Origin: Azolla caroliniana
Lineage: Eukaryota > Plantae > Polypodiophyta
Reading direction: 5' to 3'
Length of the DNA stretch: 64,000 nt
Assembly (NCBI GenBank): GCA_043228905.1
Contig: JBHGNT010000095.1
Coordinates: forward strand, 1 to 64,000
The notes under the pieces were generated by a model. It was not told the DNA's origin. It searched no databases and saw only the letters and a program-made list of their open reading frames with translations. Of the stretch, positions 49,201 to 62,331 are shown piece after piece. Position 1 is the first letter of the stretch. Each line of letters begins with the position of its first letter. Both the position numbers and the translations under genes were made by a program.

Positions 49201-51619
49201 AATCCGTAATCTCGACCTAACTGTCCTAAAAGCCATTACCCTTCTCTGTGTGGATAGGTTGGACTGTAATCAGTTAGACAAACCCTTCCCATCTGGTGAA
49301 ATTTAGTTTGGGAAGAATGTTTGTCCACCCATAACGAATGCTCTTGAATTCCATATAACTAACTTTGCAAAGAATTTGCATGCTGTGTATGTGGCAGACA
49401 CCACCGTACATATTCCAAGACCTGTCATGACGTAAACAATTTTACCATCATCTACCCCCACATTTCACTTGTCTGCAAGAGTTCATCATTATTCACCAAT
49501 TGGCTACTATGTTTGTTCCCCACACTTAATCCCAGCTTGTTAAATTGATTTCAACTTTAATATGGGTGCTTTACAGTTCTTTAATGCATTTCAGATTCTT
49601 AACCGATTCATACTTAACATGGCTATTTTTATAATGTCAAGTACATGGAAACTGGCATGATGATTTTCATTTTGAAACATGAAATTTAAATTCTCTGCAA
49701 AAACTATCATTAGCAAAAGACATTAAATTGTTGCAGAAACTTGGTTTGCCAGTTTCATTTTCAGCGAATCAGGGATCTTACTGCATGGAAAGTATAGAAG
49801 GGAATTCTTAGGATATCATTGGGAATACTATGTGCAGTCATTTTTATTGGTCGAGGGATATCATTATTTGTTGGAAAGCTTTTCTTATTTCCAAAAAAGC
49901 CCCTGAAATTATGTCAACTTGTCCGCTTCCAGAGGGTAATTTCCCCATATGTATCTTTGAAATGGTAAATGTATTTATTGGGAAAAACTCTGAAACACCC
50001 ATGGGTGGGTTTTCTTTGTTTCTCAAATGCCCCCGAGTTTTCATTATTTCCCCAGTGCCCCTCCCGTGTCAACCCCGTAGAAGAGCAATTACTGGTGTTA
50101 CTTGCGCAATTATAAGCATGGGTATCTCAGAGGTTTTCCCAGAAAATAATGTATAGTTTCAAAGATATTGACTAGATGCTTAGCTTGATATGCATGGAAC
50201 ATTGGCCTCTGCCAGTAAAATCAATAACTAGTGGAAGTGATCCTCCCCATTTGACAACTGTCGATGACTTTCGAATGGATTATTTGGCTTTCCCAATGAC
50301 TGGATATGATAAATATACTTAGGCTTTGGGCATATATCGTGGTTGAAAATTGTGTCAATTCCTAAGTCCCTGTAATTACTCAGAGTCAACCATTACTTTT
50401 TTCCTCCATTCTATCCAAAGTGCACCATAATTATTTTAATATTTTCAAGTAGTTTAGGTAACATTTGAAGTGACTGATGATATTTATATATTAATTGAGT
50501 TATGCATATACTTTTGCAGCCAATGCTGTGTGTCAGTGCTGTAAATCCCCATCTGTATTCCAGGGTGCCTATCCTCATGCATGTGAAAGAGACTCGAAGG
50601 AAAGTCAGCAGAATATTGTCGTGCATGCAGTGTCCTTCTCATACTCGAATACAGCATACAATGGGTTCAAGGAAATATCTTCTGGAGGGTGATGATTTTT
50701 TCGCCCTCCGCGATCTTGAAGATCTCTCCAAAGGTGCATTTGCAGGTAAATGTGCTTGAATGAAATATTGTCTATCTCTCTTGTTGATCAAATTTTGAGA
50801 TGTCTCAAGTGTCATTAATTTTTTGCATCGGTGATGTTAAACAGTGCTTCCAGGTTTGCTGACTACTGTGTTGGAGAGTTTGAGAATGCACATAACAAAA
50901 CAATGTTCCATGTGTCAAGATATGGGAGAATGGTGTGGAGCAAGAGAGCTTTGTGAAGATCCATTCAACCCCATCTTCCCTTTCCAGGTTTTGACATGAT
51001 CTAACTTTATTTCATTTATGCTCAACTCTTGCATCTATTATCTACGTATCGTTCTGGGTAAAATTACAAAACGATGGTTCCTATCATCAGGAACTGAGAC
51101 AGTATGCTTGATCTCTCTCAAATTTATATAGATATTTAGTGCAAAATATCCGATGCAATCAGAGAGCATCATTCTTTCCATCCCGTTTATATCACATTAT
51201 AAAATCGAAAAGCTAAGAAACAATACTTCAATTCTTTATATGAGTAAAGCAAAAGCTTTATTTATGAGGTGTTTTGTGATTTCTAACAGGAAGAGAATGT
51301 AAGGAGTTGCAAGGAATGCCACGCACTTTACCATAAGGCTTGTTTTTCAAAATGCACTTCTTGCCCTTCTTGTCCAAGGGATGGTAGCAAAGAATCAACC
51401 ATTGAAGGGCCACAAACAGAATTTGAGTCTAACATTCATAACCAAGCTGAAGTTTTGCCATTAGTAGATGATATTGTCAATAAAACATCTTCGGTTTTAT
51501 CATCAATTACTAGAGGAGCTGAATTAGAAGGCCCTAGTGAGACCTCACTAAGCCAAAGCCAAAGGTATTGGCCTTCTTTTTATGGCTTGTTGCCGAAGAA
51601 GCGGTTATGGAAATCTTGA
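37201..51619 (+). CDS. Phox (PX) domain + Rubicon-homology (RH/zf-RING_9) protein, ~1271 aa
   Basis: Exons 37201-39222, 39338-40432, 50520-50745, 50845-50987, 51290-51619 (3816 nt, in frame). PX motif GERVVGVKDHTVY...WEVMKRYRDFVELY; RH motifs Q.Y.CAGC, PRLCEYSGQLYCTSCH...VLPA.VL.HWDF, HI.KQCSMC, C..CH..YHKAC. Long low-complexity N-terminus. Confidence 0.9.
40880..41160 (-). mobile_element. LINE 3' fragment (RTEX-like zinc knuckle)
   Basis: SHKLGV....W......CKVC......EDKYHLLLACSAY...R. Confidence 0.65.
41242..43143 (-). mobile_element. Mosaic of Ty1/copia fragments (PBS, putative LTR, RT, protease)
   Basis: tRNA-iMet PBS TGGTATCAGAGC at 41242-41253 (minus) next to LTR end TG at 41254; RT LKQAPQAW...LHVDDLLITG at 41884-42730; protease remnant at 42862-43143. 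Confidence 0.75.
43276..48203 (+). mobile_element. Structurally complete Ty1/copia (Tnt1/Tork-like) with disrupted ORF, inside PX-RH intron 2
   Basis: 275-bp LTRs 43276-43550 and 47929-48203 (4 mismatches by eye); TSD AGTGT; PBS TGGTATCAGAGCC at 43553; PPT AAGTGGGAGG; gag CYHCGRKGHKKPDC, integrase HSDVC..FIDDYSR, RT YVDDMLL, RNase H NPADILTK. Confidence 0.97.
48910..49122. mobile_element. hAT-like MITE, 213 bp
   Basis: 18-bp TIR TAGCTATGGGCC(T/C)GGTTT with 1 mismatch; 8-bp flanks ATTAGATT/AGTAGAGT (6/8 match). Confidence 0.75.
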
Positions 51620-51972
51620 TATTTGTAACCACTGATTTCTGGTCTTTAATGTTCATAAAAGGCTAAAGCATTGTGTAATGAAATTCAGATAATGTATTTT
51701 ATTTGTACAAAGTGCATTACGTCATTACGTTTGAATGACTGAAAGGAGCAGAAACATTAACATACTCCTTTCTTTCAGTTTCCACTGAAAATTGAGATTT
51801 CAGGACTCTTCTTCCCATACGTTTGAAGAACGAAAATATCCAATAAAAGTACTTGTAATATGTATGTAATAGAGTTACTGCACACACCACTTGTGTTGAA
51901 CCCCCTTTTTCTGACAGTTCCTTAGAATCTACTTTGTGTCTTTTTCAAAGTTTTTGAAAGATTGGTCCCAAC

Positions 51973-52215
51973 TGTAAGTTTTTTTTAGTTAGCAGGTTTT
52001 CGTAAGGTCTGAATAATCAGTGTTATTTAATCTAGTGATATGAAAGTATGTAAATGGTAAAGATTTTCCTTTGCAACCCCAATAGATTCAATTGTAAGTT
52101 TTTTTTAGTTAGCAGGTTTTCGTAAGGTCTGAATAATCAGTGTTATTTAATCTAGTGATATGAAAGTATGTAAATGGTAAAGATTTTCCTTTGCAACCCC
52201 AATAGATTCAATTGT
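51973..52215. repeat. Perfect 120-bp tandem duplication 3' of the PX-RH gene
   Basis: Two identical copies at a 120-bp offset. Confidence 0.9.
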
Positions 52216-52507
52216 GAGCAATCGGTTTGATGTTGCATTGACTACAAAATTTATTGTTTGAGAAAATGGATACTAAATCTTTTGCTACCATGGAAAAGAT
52301 GGGTTTACCAATTCACTTGCCAAAGGTGAAATTGACAGTATTGCCTTAGACCATATAATTAGATAAAGTTGATTTCAAATTTCAATATTTTCATCCATCC
52401 GCAAGATTGTGACAAATATATTGTGAAATGCACATAAAGAGATCAAAACAAACTTGCTTAGCTTCTTATTTCTTCCGCAATTTATAGTAGATACAAAGGT
52501 ACCCATT

Positions 52508-52635
52508 TGGGTTGGATTAGCTACATGTGTGCTAAAAAGGGTGTGCTAAAAGGGTGGGTTGGCTTAGCTACATGCGTGCTAAAAAGGGTGTGTTAAAAGG
52601 GTGGGTTGGTTTAGCTACATGTGTGCTAAAAGGGT
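52508..52635. repeat. ~47-bp tandem minisatellite (~3 copies)
   Basis: gggttgg.ttagctacatg.gtgctaaaaagggtgtg.taaaagggt. Confidence 0.8.
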
Positions 52636-54258
52636 GACACAAAGGAACACATGCACACCACAACATGAAGGCATGCACTTACTCTCAAGGGACACCATAA
52701 TATGTATAGTGATATTTTGTGCCATAGATGTGTTTGCATGCTTGTTTAGAAATAGACTCCAATTATAAGTACAAACCTCTTGGCAATGCTTGAACTTTAT
52801 CAATCTCGATCATAATCACAATTCCAATGCCAATCTGAATATGGATCAACTTATGCCACTTGGCTTTCTAGTTCTCTCTAGGTATCACTTGCAAAGAATT
52901 GTAATGTCAAGAGACAACACGCATTCTACTCATTTTTCATTTTCTTATCCATTTGTATTTGTATTTATCTTAATGTCAACACATTACTCACAAGAAAAGA
53001 ACAAATTTTGCTAATGTTTCATTTTTTTATTCATTTCTTGACACACATCAAATGTTGTAACACTTGATCATTCATTAGGGGGGTTGCACACTAAAAATAT
53101 GACCTCTCTTTATCGCCAATATCAAGTAGACGATGCACGTTTTATTTCAGGGTCGTCTAGTATCAAAATAGAACCCTTATTGAGCTTTACCATCCCCATG
53201 TCATACATGTTCTTGTGGGGAGAACCCTTAAAAATCTACTCATAACATAGAACATGTGATGCGAAAATTCACCCATACTCACAAAAATGCTTCAAATACA
53301 TTTCCCGAATTCAACTCCAAGCACGAAAATAATTGATTTATTATTAAAATTTATTATAGGCAAGAATGGAATGATTCAAATATGAAGCAAAGTGTTGTAA
53401 CAATTTCTATATAAAATACTATATTGAATGTGAAGGGATAGCCCCACTATATTTTAAAGCTATTCTTTTTAGATATTTGATCAATCATCCACATATTGGA
53501 AATGTTTTGCATGTAGTTCATGGTATGATTGGATGAAACAATTCTTATATCAAGATTCAAGATACAAAAGAATGTGTCAGCACCATTTGTAAATGCATGG
53601 CCCACCAACAACCAAATATAAGAATGGTTACACCAACATTTGAAGTAAACCATTTTTATATAAGCACAATGCTAAATTTGCATGGTGGCTGTAATGTCTT
53701 CAATAAAGGTTTGCATTAACATATATGATTTTTTGGAAATGAGATTTGTGAACCTACCATTGAGATGTCATTGAAGGAATAAATGATTTTGGCTCATCTA
53801 TGAAGATTTGGCTATTAGTTTGAAGAAATTGCGAATTGCTTTAAAGGTTTACGTTAGTGGTGGAAATTTGTTCTCCTGATCTATCAACATTATCAAAATA
53901 GTCATGTAAATTCTTCTCCTATATGCTTATTCAAAGGATGTTCTCTCACAATCTCTTTTCAAAATGTCACTCGTCAAGACACAAAGAGAAATGAAAAAGG
54001 TAAGATAATGATAAGATAGCCCCAAATTGTTGTAGCTTAGTTGGTTAGGTTACTTGATGATCAATGGCAATTAGAAGGCCATATCTTTAAGCTTTACATT
54101 CTATTGTGAATCCAAAATAATACTACACTAGCACGAAATAATGATAAGGTGAATGGATTGTTCATATCTCTTGGTTTGATAACCTAAAAAACCCTGTAGA
54201 AATATATCTTAGAGATCATGGATTGTAAATCAAGTTGTATCCAATTACAATATTTAAA

Positions 54259-54381
54259 GGAAATTGGTAAATTCATAGTTTTTTCCGTATTTTCACAGTT
54301 TTTTTGGGGGGATGAAATGTGGCTATCATTTGTAAAAAAAACTATGAAAATACGGAAAAAACTGTGAATTTACCAATTTCC
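54259..54381. mobile_element. Foldback/Mutator-like MITE, 123 bp
   Basis: ~47-bp TIRs starting GGAAATTGGTAAATTC (2 mismatches); perfect 8-bp TSD TATTTAAA. Confidence 0.88.
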
Positions 54382-55762
54382 TATTTAAATTTGCATTACA
54401 TAGACAAGATATAATATTTTCAACATGCACATTATTCTCAACATTGATATTGATCAAACTCTTTATCACATACTATAATACCACAAATGGTGTGAGTAAA
54501 GTTGGATTGAAAACATAATCAACATTAGCTAATATTTTACAGAATTGGATATGAAAAGATTTTCAAGATATGGTTTCTATAGACTAGAACATGTTCCCGC
54601 TCAATGAAGATGAGGATGTCATAGAGGATAGTGACGTTGATGTCGATGGTGGGTGGAGGAAAAGAGAGGATGAGTTCCAATGATGGATATGGGGATGGTT
54701 GGGGGATTTGGAAGAAATGAGGGTGACAAAGGATGATGGTGGGGGGGATGAGAACAAGGGTTTGAAAAACACCTTAATAAAATAGTAGGGGTATAAAAGT
54801 AAAGAGAAGACATGATAAAGAATAAATAAATAAAAACAAAAAATAGGTTGTGAAAGGCAATTGACATTATCTTTACTTTATTGATTGGCATGAGCATCTC
54901 AATATGGTGGCACTAGTTGTGACTTTTTTGGCCTATAAAATTCGTGGCATTGGTGTTAAAAATGTGGCTATATCACCAATATTAAAATTACTGAAGACTT
55001 ATTTTACATATGGTGGCAAGTGGTGTTGATTTGGTAACTTCTTTTGAGAAGGCAACTTCTGTCTCTATACACTTCTTTGTAGGCTTGCTAATGAGAGCAT
55101 CTTTATATGTAGTCGTTGTGGGGAATGTGAGATATTTGATTGTGTGCTTGGCTTTGTCTACTGTGTTGGCATGGAATTTATGGGGGTGGAGGTGATCCTT
55201 TACAACCCACCACTTTTTTTCCATATCTGCAAGATATTTGAATCTTTTAGGGATCCTTCTATGTGTTACACTAACCGAATTATCTCTAGGGGATGTGTCT
55301 AGATGGTTTTGTTCTCGGAGATTGTGCATTCCTTTTGCAATCAATTTGGGCTTCCTAACGAAAGCAACTTTGCATGGAGTCGGTGTGGGGAATGTGACAT
55401 ATTTGATTGATATGCCCTTGGATTTGTCTATCTCTTGGACAACACACTTTTGGTCAAGATGTCATGGCAAAACTAGAATAGGGTAACCTAGGTCAACCCA
55501 CTTTTTGAAGGAAAGGGTCATCACACCAACTCTTGTTTCTAGTAGTTGCCCCAAATGCACTTATTATCCTATGAAGTTCTCTCACACTGAAGTATCTTCG
55601 AGCCAACGTCCACTAGATTGGGAGCTTTACTATTCATCAAATGGTTATGATATTAAGAAATATGCTAATGTAGCTAGAATTCTCTTAATTAGTTAACGAA
55701 TATATTCATATAATGATAGTAAGGAGTGAAACTACTTTCTATGAATATGGGGGGGGGGGGGG

Positions 55763-55810
<48 letters not shown>

Positions 55811-55814
<4 letters not shown>

Positions 55815-57626
55815 TTATATTATCGTCTTCAGAGGTCAAATATGACCTATGAGACCAAAAATATTACATTTCACATGACACGTGTGAAAGTGAGTAGTGA
55901 CTCTCGATGTTCAAGAATACCAATGAATGTTGCAATCGAGAGTGCACATTGTGGTTGTGAGAGGAATTCATGCAAAGATTGGGCTCGATCAAAGAGATGT
56001 GGAAAGCATGGTCGAATATGATCAAAGGCAGAGCATTGTATCAAAGTGTGATACTCAGACTCGCGAACTTTTTTAGGGCAAAGTGTGCATAACCGACCAC
56101 TCTCATCACTTGTACCCCAACGCCCTGTTTCACATCGCAATGCATGTGAGCTAAGTCGCATGGAAGCAATGGTTCGAATGGAAGATAACGGTATGGGCTC
56201 TAACATGTATGGATGTGTACGATTTCCCTATTCCGCAAAGAATATGGTTTTGTAGTTAGGTGCAACATGTGTAGTATAATGTGTGAAGCGTGAGCCTCCA
56301 CATTTGTCCCATGTCATGATACATTGGCGTTGCAAAAATGCCTCATTTACAGAGGAATCTAATGATGCATCATGAAGCAAGTGTCTCACATCCCATCTAC
56401 CAAACTATTTTTCTATATCTTGCATCCAATCGAAACACAAAATTTTGCTTTTATGCGTCTTTTGGATCTTTTTGCTTGCTTCACACGCAATTCTAGGAAG
56501 TCGATGTGAGGGACTTTTTTGAACCTTAAGCATGTATTCAACAACCCTTTCCATGGCCATGATCTCAATGGGAAGCGATCTCGTCTCAAGGAGGAGGGTG
56601 TAGGGCGTTTGTTTCTTAACTTGTAGAAACTTGGTAAGAAAATGCTTTTGGACATTTTCAAACTCTTTCCACATAGATTTAGGGATGCTACCGCCCCATA
56701 CTTCCACCCCATATAGAAGAACCGGTGTCACCAAAGTGTCGAAAAGATATTTCTTGAGGACCCAACACGTAATATCTCCAAGATTGCATGTGTTCTCAAA
56801 TGCATAGTATGCTCGCTTGCCCGCCTCTAAGTGGCGTGTAGCACATTCATTCCATCTATGATTTGAAGGAACTTCAAGGCCAAGATATTTGAAGCTTTCC
56901 ACACATTCAAGTGGCTCATTGTTGTACATAATGCATGGTTTATCTCTTTTTTGGCTCTTCACAAGCATAATCTTTGTTTTAGAGCTATTGACACTTAATT
57001 TAGTATGCATGCAATTTTTTTCTAATGCCTTCATAAGCTTTTGTGCATCTCCTAAAGTATTTGCAAAAAGCACTACATCATCTGCATATAGCAAAAGCAT
57101 AATCACAACATTCCCAATGGCAACTTGTTCAACACATTCTTCCTTTCCAAACTTGGTAACCATTTCTTCCAATTCATCAATGCATAGACCAAATAGTGTT
57201 GGTGAGAGTGGGCATCCTTGCTTAACACCAATAGTGCTTTTGAAAAAATCTGAAAGTTTATCTCTCATGCGCACACAACATATAACCTTCTCATAAATTC
57301 GGAAAATTGCAAGCATATATATTCACTTGGCACCTCAAGCTCTTCCATTCGCCTCCAAAGATGCTCACGAGGTACCATATCAAAAGCTTTCTTGAAGTCT
57401 ACAAAGCAACAATATAAACCTTTACCTCTAAGGCGACTTTCCTCCATTAATACTCGAAGGGTGATAAGGTGATCAATGGTGCTATGGTGTTTTCGAAAGC
57501 CAGCTTGTCCATAAGCTCTCTTACCACTTTTTTCAACCCATAAACTTATCTTTGATTCCATTATACATCCAAATAGTTTTTCCATTAATGAGCCAACCAT
57601 GATGGTTCGATAGTTGTTTACATTAT
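55811..57626 (-). mobile_element. Non-LTR retrotransposon ORF2 (RTEX-like LINE), interrupted by a copia insertion
   Basis: NYRTIMV, QAGFR, FVDFKKAFD, GVKQGCPLSPTLF, LLYADD, FKYLG; C-terminal RLSSHALRCETGRW...CTLC......ESEYHTLIQC; 3' end runs into (TC)n. Contains frameshifts and stops. Confidence 0.88.
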
Positions 57627-57689
57627 TGTAAAGGATTGCTTGTGGAAGCGTTAGAAAGAACAATACACAGAGAGAGAGAGAGAGTATGT

Positions 57690-57747
<58 letters not shown>

Positions 57748-60700
57748 AAAACACACTATTTTTCAAAATTATATGAATACTCTGTGCTCTATATCTACAA
57801 CGCGCTCATCAGTGCTATTTATACAAGTCCACACGGGACTGTTAGAAATACGGTGTACTTCAATGCTCACACGAGCATCTGACACTAACTACGAGACACT
57901 AACTGCCTAGTAGTCTAACCTATACTAGGCTTCCAGTTATGGATTGGATCCGGCATACCGACTCCTCTCGCTTACCGGTCCTTATTGCTTACCGGCTTAG
58001 TTGCTCACCGACATACCGATTCCTCTCGCTTACTGGCTCAGGCTTATTCAGTTGATCCGGCTCCGGTTGAGCTTGCCGCTCAACACTCCCCCTCAAGCTC
58101 AACCTGAGGTAGGGTCGTAGTGTCAACCTCTGTGGCAACCGGTTCTTCCAACCGACTTCTCCTAGCGTCGCTTCGCCTTGCTCGCGCTCCTTGTCCGGTC
58201 CGGTTCCGTTTGCCGCGACCCCTTTGGTTCTGCGTGCCTCGACCTTCGGCATGTCTGCTCAATAGGCCCATCTCAGCTCCTTCGCTGCTATGACTCCGGC
58301 GCTTGCCGATCCGTCGGTTCCACCGTGATGGCATCGACTTTCGATGCGTCCGTGTCTCCTTGGCCTCTCGTTGATCCGACTCATCCGGATCCGTCTGTTG
58401 ATCTGAATCGGCTGTCTCCGACTCGTTCCAGCTCTTGTCCGAATCGATATCCTCCGATTCGATTTTCGGCTTCAGGCCTCTCATCACATCAGACCACGTC
58501 CGGATCTTGGCCTTCTCCGTGCTTCCCTTGGCTTCTTCAACTGGTTCACTGATTTTTACTGCTTTTTATTGCTCCACGCAACAGCCGCACTCCCAAGAGA
58601 AAACATAAAGCCGGAAGTTGAACGACGATCTGTTGCATCGCCAGCCCAGTCGGCATCCGTGTAGCCGACAAGCTCTTCGGTTATACCTTGCCGGTATAAG
58701 AGCCCCCGGTCCTTAGTGCCGCTTACATACCTCAGTATTCGTTGCGCGCACTGAAGGTGCTCCACGGTCGGCTTCTGCATGAATTGGCTTACCACTCCGA
58801 CCGGATAGCTAATGTCGGGTTGGGTGATGGTCAAGTAGATCAGGCTTCCGACTATTTGTCGGAACCGTTTCTCATCGCAGGCTGGTCTGGAGTTGGGACG
58901 GATCTTCTGATTCCGGTCCAGGGGTGTGGAGATAGGTCGGCATTCCGTCATGCCGAACTTGTACAGTATATTCAACACATAATGGCGTTGAGAAAGCAAT
59001 ATACCGTTGGGGGTGCGGATCACCTCGATCCCCAAAAAATAATGAAGGTTCCCCAACCCCAAGTCCTTCATATCGAATGCGTCCGACAACTGGGACTTGA
59101 CGAGGTTGATTTCCGGAAGACCTGTGCCGGTGATGACTAAATCATCAACATAGAGTAAGATACACACCGGACCGTTTGAGCCTTGATGGATGAACAGGGA
59201 AGAGTCCGACTTAGAGGCAACAAACCCCATCTTTCGCAACCGGTGCGTGATCTTAGCATTCCAAGCATGGGGGGGTTGCTTCAAGCCGTACAATGACTTC
59301 CTCAGCTGGCATACCGCCGACTTGTTCACCTCTGACTGAAATCCGGGGGGCTGAGTCATAAAGACTTCTTCTTCATGATCTCCTTGAAGGAAGGCATTCT
59401 TCACATCCATCTGATGAAGATGCCACCCCCTTGCCGTAGCAACCGCCAGTACCACACGAATCGTCGTCATCTTCGCTATAGGAGCGAAGGTCTCGTCGTA
59501 GTCGATTCCGTGGGTCTGCGCATATCCCTTCGCCACTAACCGAGCCTTGTACCGGTTAACTGTACCGTCGACATTGTACTTTACCTTGTACACCCACTTG
59601 CAGCCGATCGGTTTATAGTGACGGGGAGGGTCAACCAGGTACCAAGTTCCGTTGGCATCCAGTGCCAGCATTTCTGCCTCCATAGCGGCACGCCAATTTG
59701 CGTCCTTTGCCGCTTCTGCGTAGCTCTCCGGCTCACGCACTTCCGCGACCTTGGTCATGTACGTATAATGATGCGCCATGTACTCGTTATACCCGTACCG
59801 TTTAACGGGATCCTTCTGGCGGGTGGATCGGCGTAACTCATCGTTACCCGGTATGAGACCCTTCTTGGCCGGTTTGGTCTTCGTTCCTGAAGATCTGCCT
59901 ATGTCCTTGCCGAAGTCAGATACGCACCGATCCGACTCATCATTGCCGCTCTCGAATTCCGGCATTTTCTGCTTCCCTTTCTCTTTACGTGTGAACCGTC
60001 TCCTCGGTTCCTTGCGCGGGGAGAGCACGACAGAGTCTCCACTACTCGCCGTCTTATCATCCGACTGGTTGGACTGATTCAGTCTCTCATTCGGTCCGCT
60101 TAACCGGAACGATTCCGGACTCTCATCTTGAGTCCCGGCTTCATCTTTCTCTACCTGGGCCGGTTCGGGCTCACTATCCCCATCCTCCGACATCGGGTCG
60201 TGATCGGAAGTCGGAGTCGGTAAGGAATACCACGATGCCGATTCATCAAACTCGACATCTCGGCTGACTCGGACCTGCTTCGTCCAGGGGGTTATAACAC
60301 TTATACCCCTTTTGCTCTTGAGCATAGCCAACTAGGATGCATTTTTCCGATTTTGCATCCAGCTTTCTCCGCTTCTCATCTGGCACATGTACATAGGCTA
60401 TGCTGCCGAATATTCGGAGGTGTCTCAAATTCGGCTTGCGCCCGAAATACAGCTCGTGAGCTGACACATTGTCCCCGATCCGGTTCTGGATGTAAACGGC
60501 CGTTTGGATCGCCTCCGCCCAGTAGAACTTGGGCATGCTCTTTTCCTCTAGCATTGCCCTAGCCGCCTCAATCAGCGACCGATTCTTCCTTTCGGCCACA
60601 CCGTTCTGTTGCGGTGTGTATCTGCAGCTGAATTCTCGCCGAATTCCTTTTTGTTGCAGATAGCTGTTGAATTGGCCGGAAAAGTACTCTTTTCCGCCAT

Positions 60701-62331
60701 CCGACCGTAGGCATTTGATCTTCCTCTCCGATTCCTGTTCCACCATCTTCTGGAGGCTCCGGAAACACTCGAAGACTTCGCTCTTCCGCTCAATGAGGTA
60801 GATCCACGTATGCCGTGTGTAGTCGTCGATGAAGGAGACGAAATATCGACTCCCGCCAGTGCTAACATTTTGTGCCGGTCCCCACACATCTGAATGGATA
60901 AGATCGAACTTGTTACGGATTCGATTTCTTTTGGTGGGGAATGGAAGCCGGTGTTGCTTCCCAAGTTGGCAGGCTTCACAACTCTGGGCTCTCCGGCCGC
61001 TAAACTTCGGCAAACCGAAAACGACTTGTTCCGTTTGCAGGTCTTGAAGCCTCCGGTAGTTGACGTGGCCGATCCGTTTGTGCCACAAGTCGATATCCGA
61101 CTCGACCTTCTGTCCTTTGGCGAACAGTGCGGTGCCGACATCATTGGTGTTGAGGATAAACATCCTCCCATCTCTGCGCCCTTGTGCAATAACTTCACCC
61201 TCATCCTCAATGAAGCACCCGAGGTGCGTAAACTGCACCTGCATCCCGTGGTCGACGATCTGTCCGACCGACACCAGGTTCTTCGTGATCGTCAGAACAT
61301 GTAATACATTCATCAGCTTCCCCCTCTATCCGACGTGGCTCAAAGGGACTTCTCTGACGTGCACGATCGGGTGGGGAGTGTCGTCTCCGGTTTCGACAAC
61401 TCCCGGTTGATCTAGCTTCTCCAAAAAGGAGAACCACTCCCCGTGGCTCGTCATGTGGTTCGATGCGCCGGAATCAACGTACCACACTTCCTCTGATTTG
61501 GAGGTGGTCTTCTTCATTGAGTTTGCCTTGTGCTTCATCACCAAGGCTGGCCCCTTACCGTTCTTGGATCCTCCCGATCCGTTTGTGTAGTGCGAGCTTT
61601 GCCGGCCTTCCTTACCGGTCTTGCCGGATCCGGATTTGTCCGAATCGGCACGCTTTCTCCAGCACTCGCTTTCCCTATGGCCCTTTTTGCCACAGTACCA
61701 ACATTCCGTACCGGATTTGTCTTGCCGGCCTCCAACACCACCTTGACTCCCCCTGCTTGTGTAAGTCCCAGAACTGTTGTCGGCACGCTCACTGTGCCTT
61801 CGTTCCTGCTCTTGCAGGCCACCTCCAATGTGTGCCGACCTGCCTCGTCCACCATGCCCGCAGGACTGATCCGCTCCCGTGTACAACATCCGGCTGTTTG
61901 GGGATGCAGTGGTAGATGCACCAGCGTGGTTCTCCTCTACAAGGAGCATCGACTGTAAATCAAAAAATGAGGGTGTATTCTCCCTTGTACAAACCGCAGT
62001 CCGAAATGCTCCGAACTTGGACACCAGGCCTCCAAGACAGACCTGCACCATCTTGTCTTCCTCTACGGTGACGTTAATAGAGGCAAGGGAGTCACAGATC
62101 CCTTTGATCCGGGCTGTGTAATCTGCCACCGACATGTTCTTCTGTCGAACATTGCTCAACTCCTGTCTGAGTTGCAGCTTCCGGGCAGTGGTGCTTGCAG
62201 CGAAAACCTTTTTCAAGTTTCCCCAAGCATCCTTCGGTGTCTTGGCGTCACGGATATGGTTGAGCAGCTGGTCACCGACACTGGACGCGAAGCAGTACAT
62301 CACCCTGCTTGCCGCCTGTTCCCACACTGGG
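57627..62331 (-). mobile_element. Ty1/copia element (3' LTR 57627-58085), gag interrupted by a gypsy insertion; RNase H largely missing
   Basis: PPT AGGGGGAG at 58086-58093; gag CWYCGKKGHRESEC, protease WYVDSGASNHMT, integrase HSDVWGP, RT YVDDL; ORF stops after WSNKKQ. Confidence 0.93.

Noticed and set aside
49800-50145. Possible MULE-like MITE (GGGAA...TTCCC)
   Set aside because: TIR similarity is weak and there is no TSD.
53440-55560. Short ORFs with faint L1-like words (also ~20440-20800)
   Set aside because: Too degenerate to support a call without profile searches.
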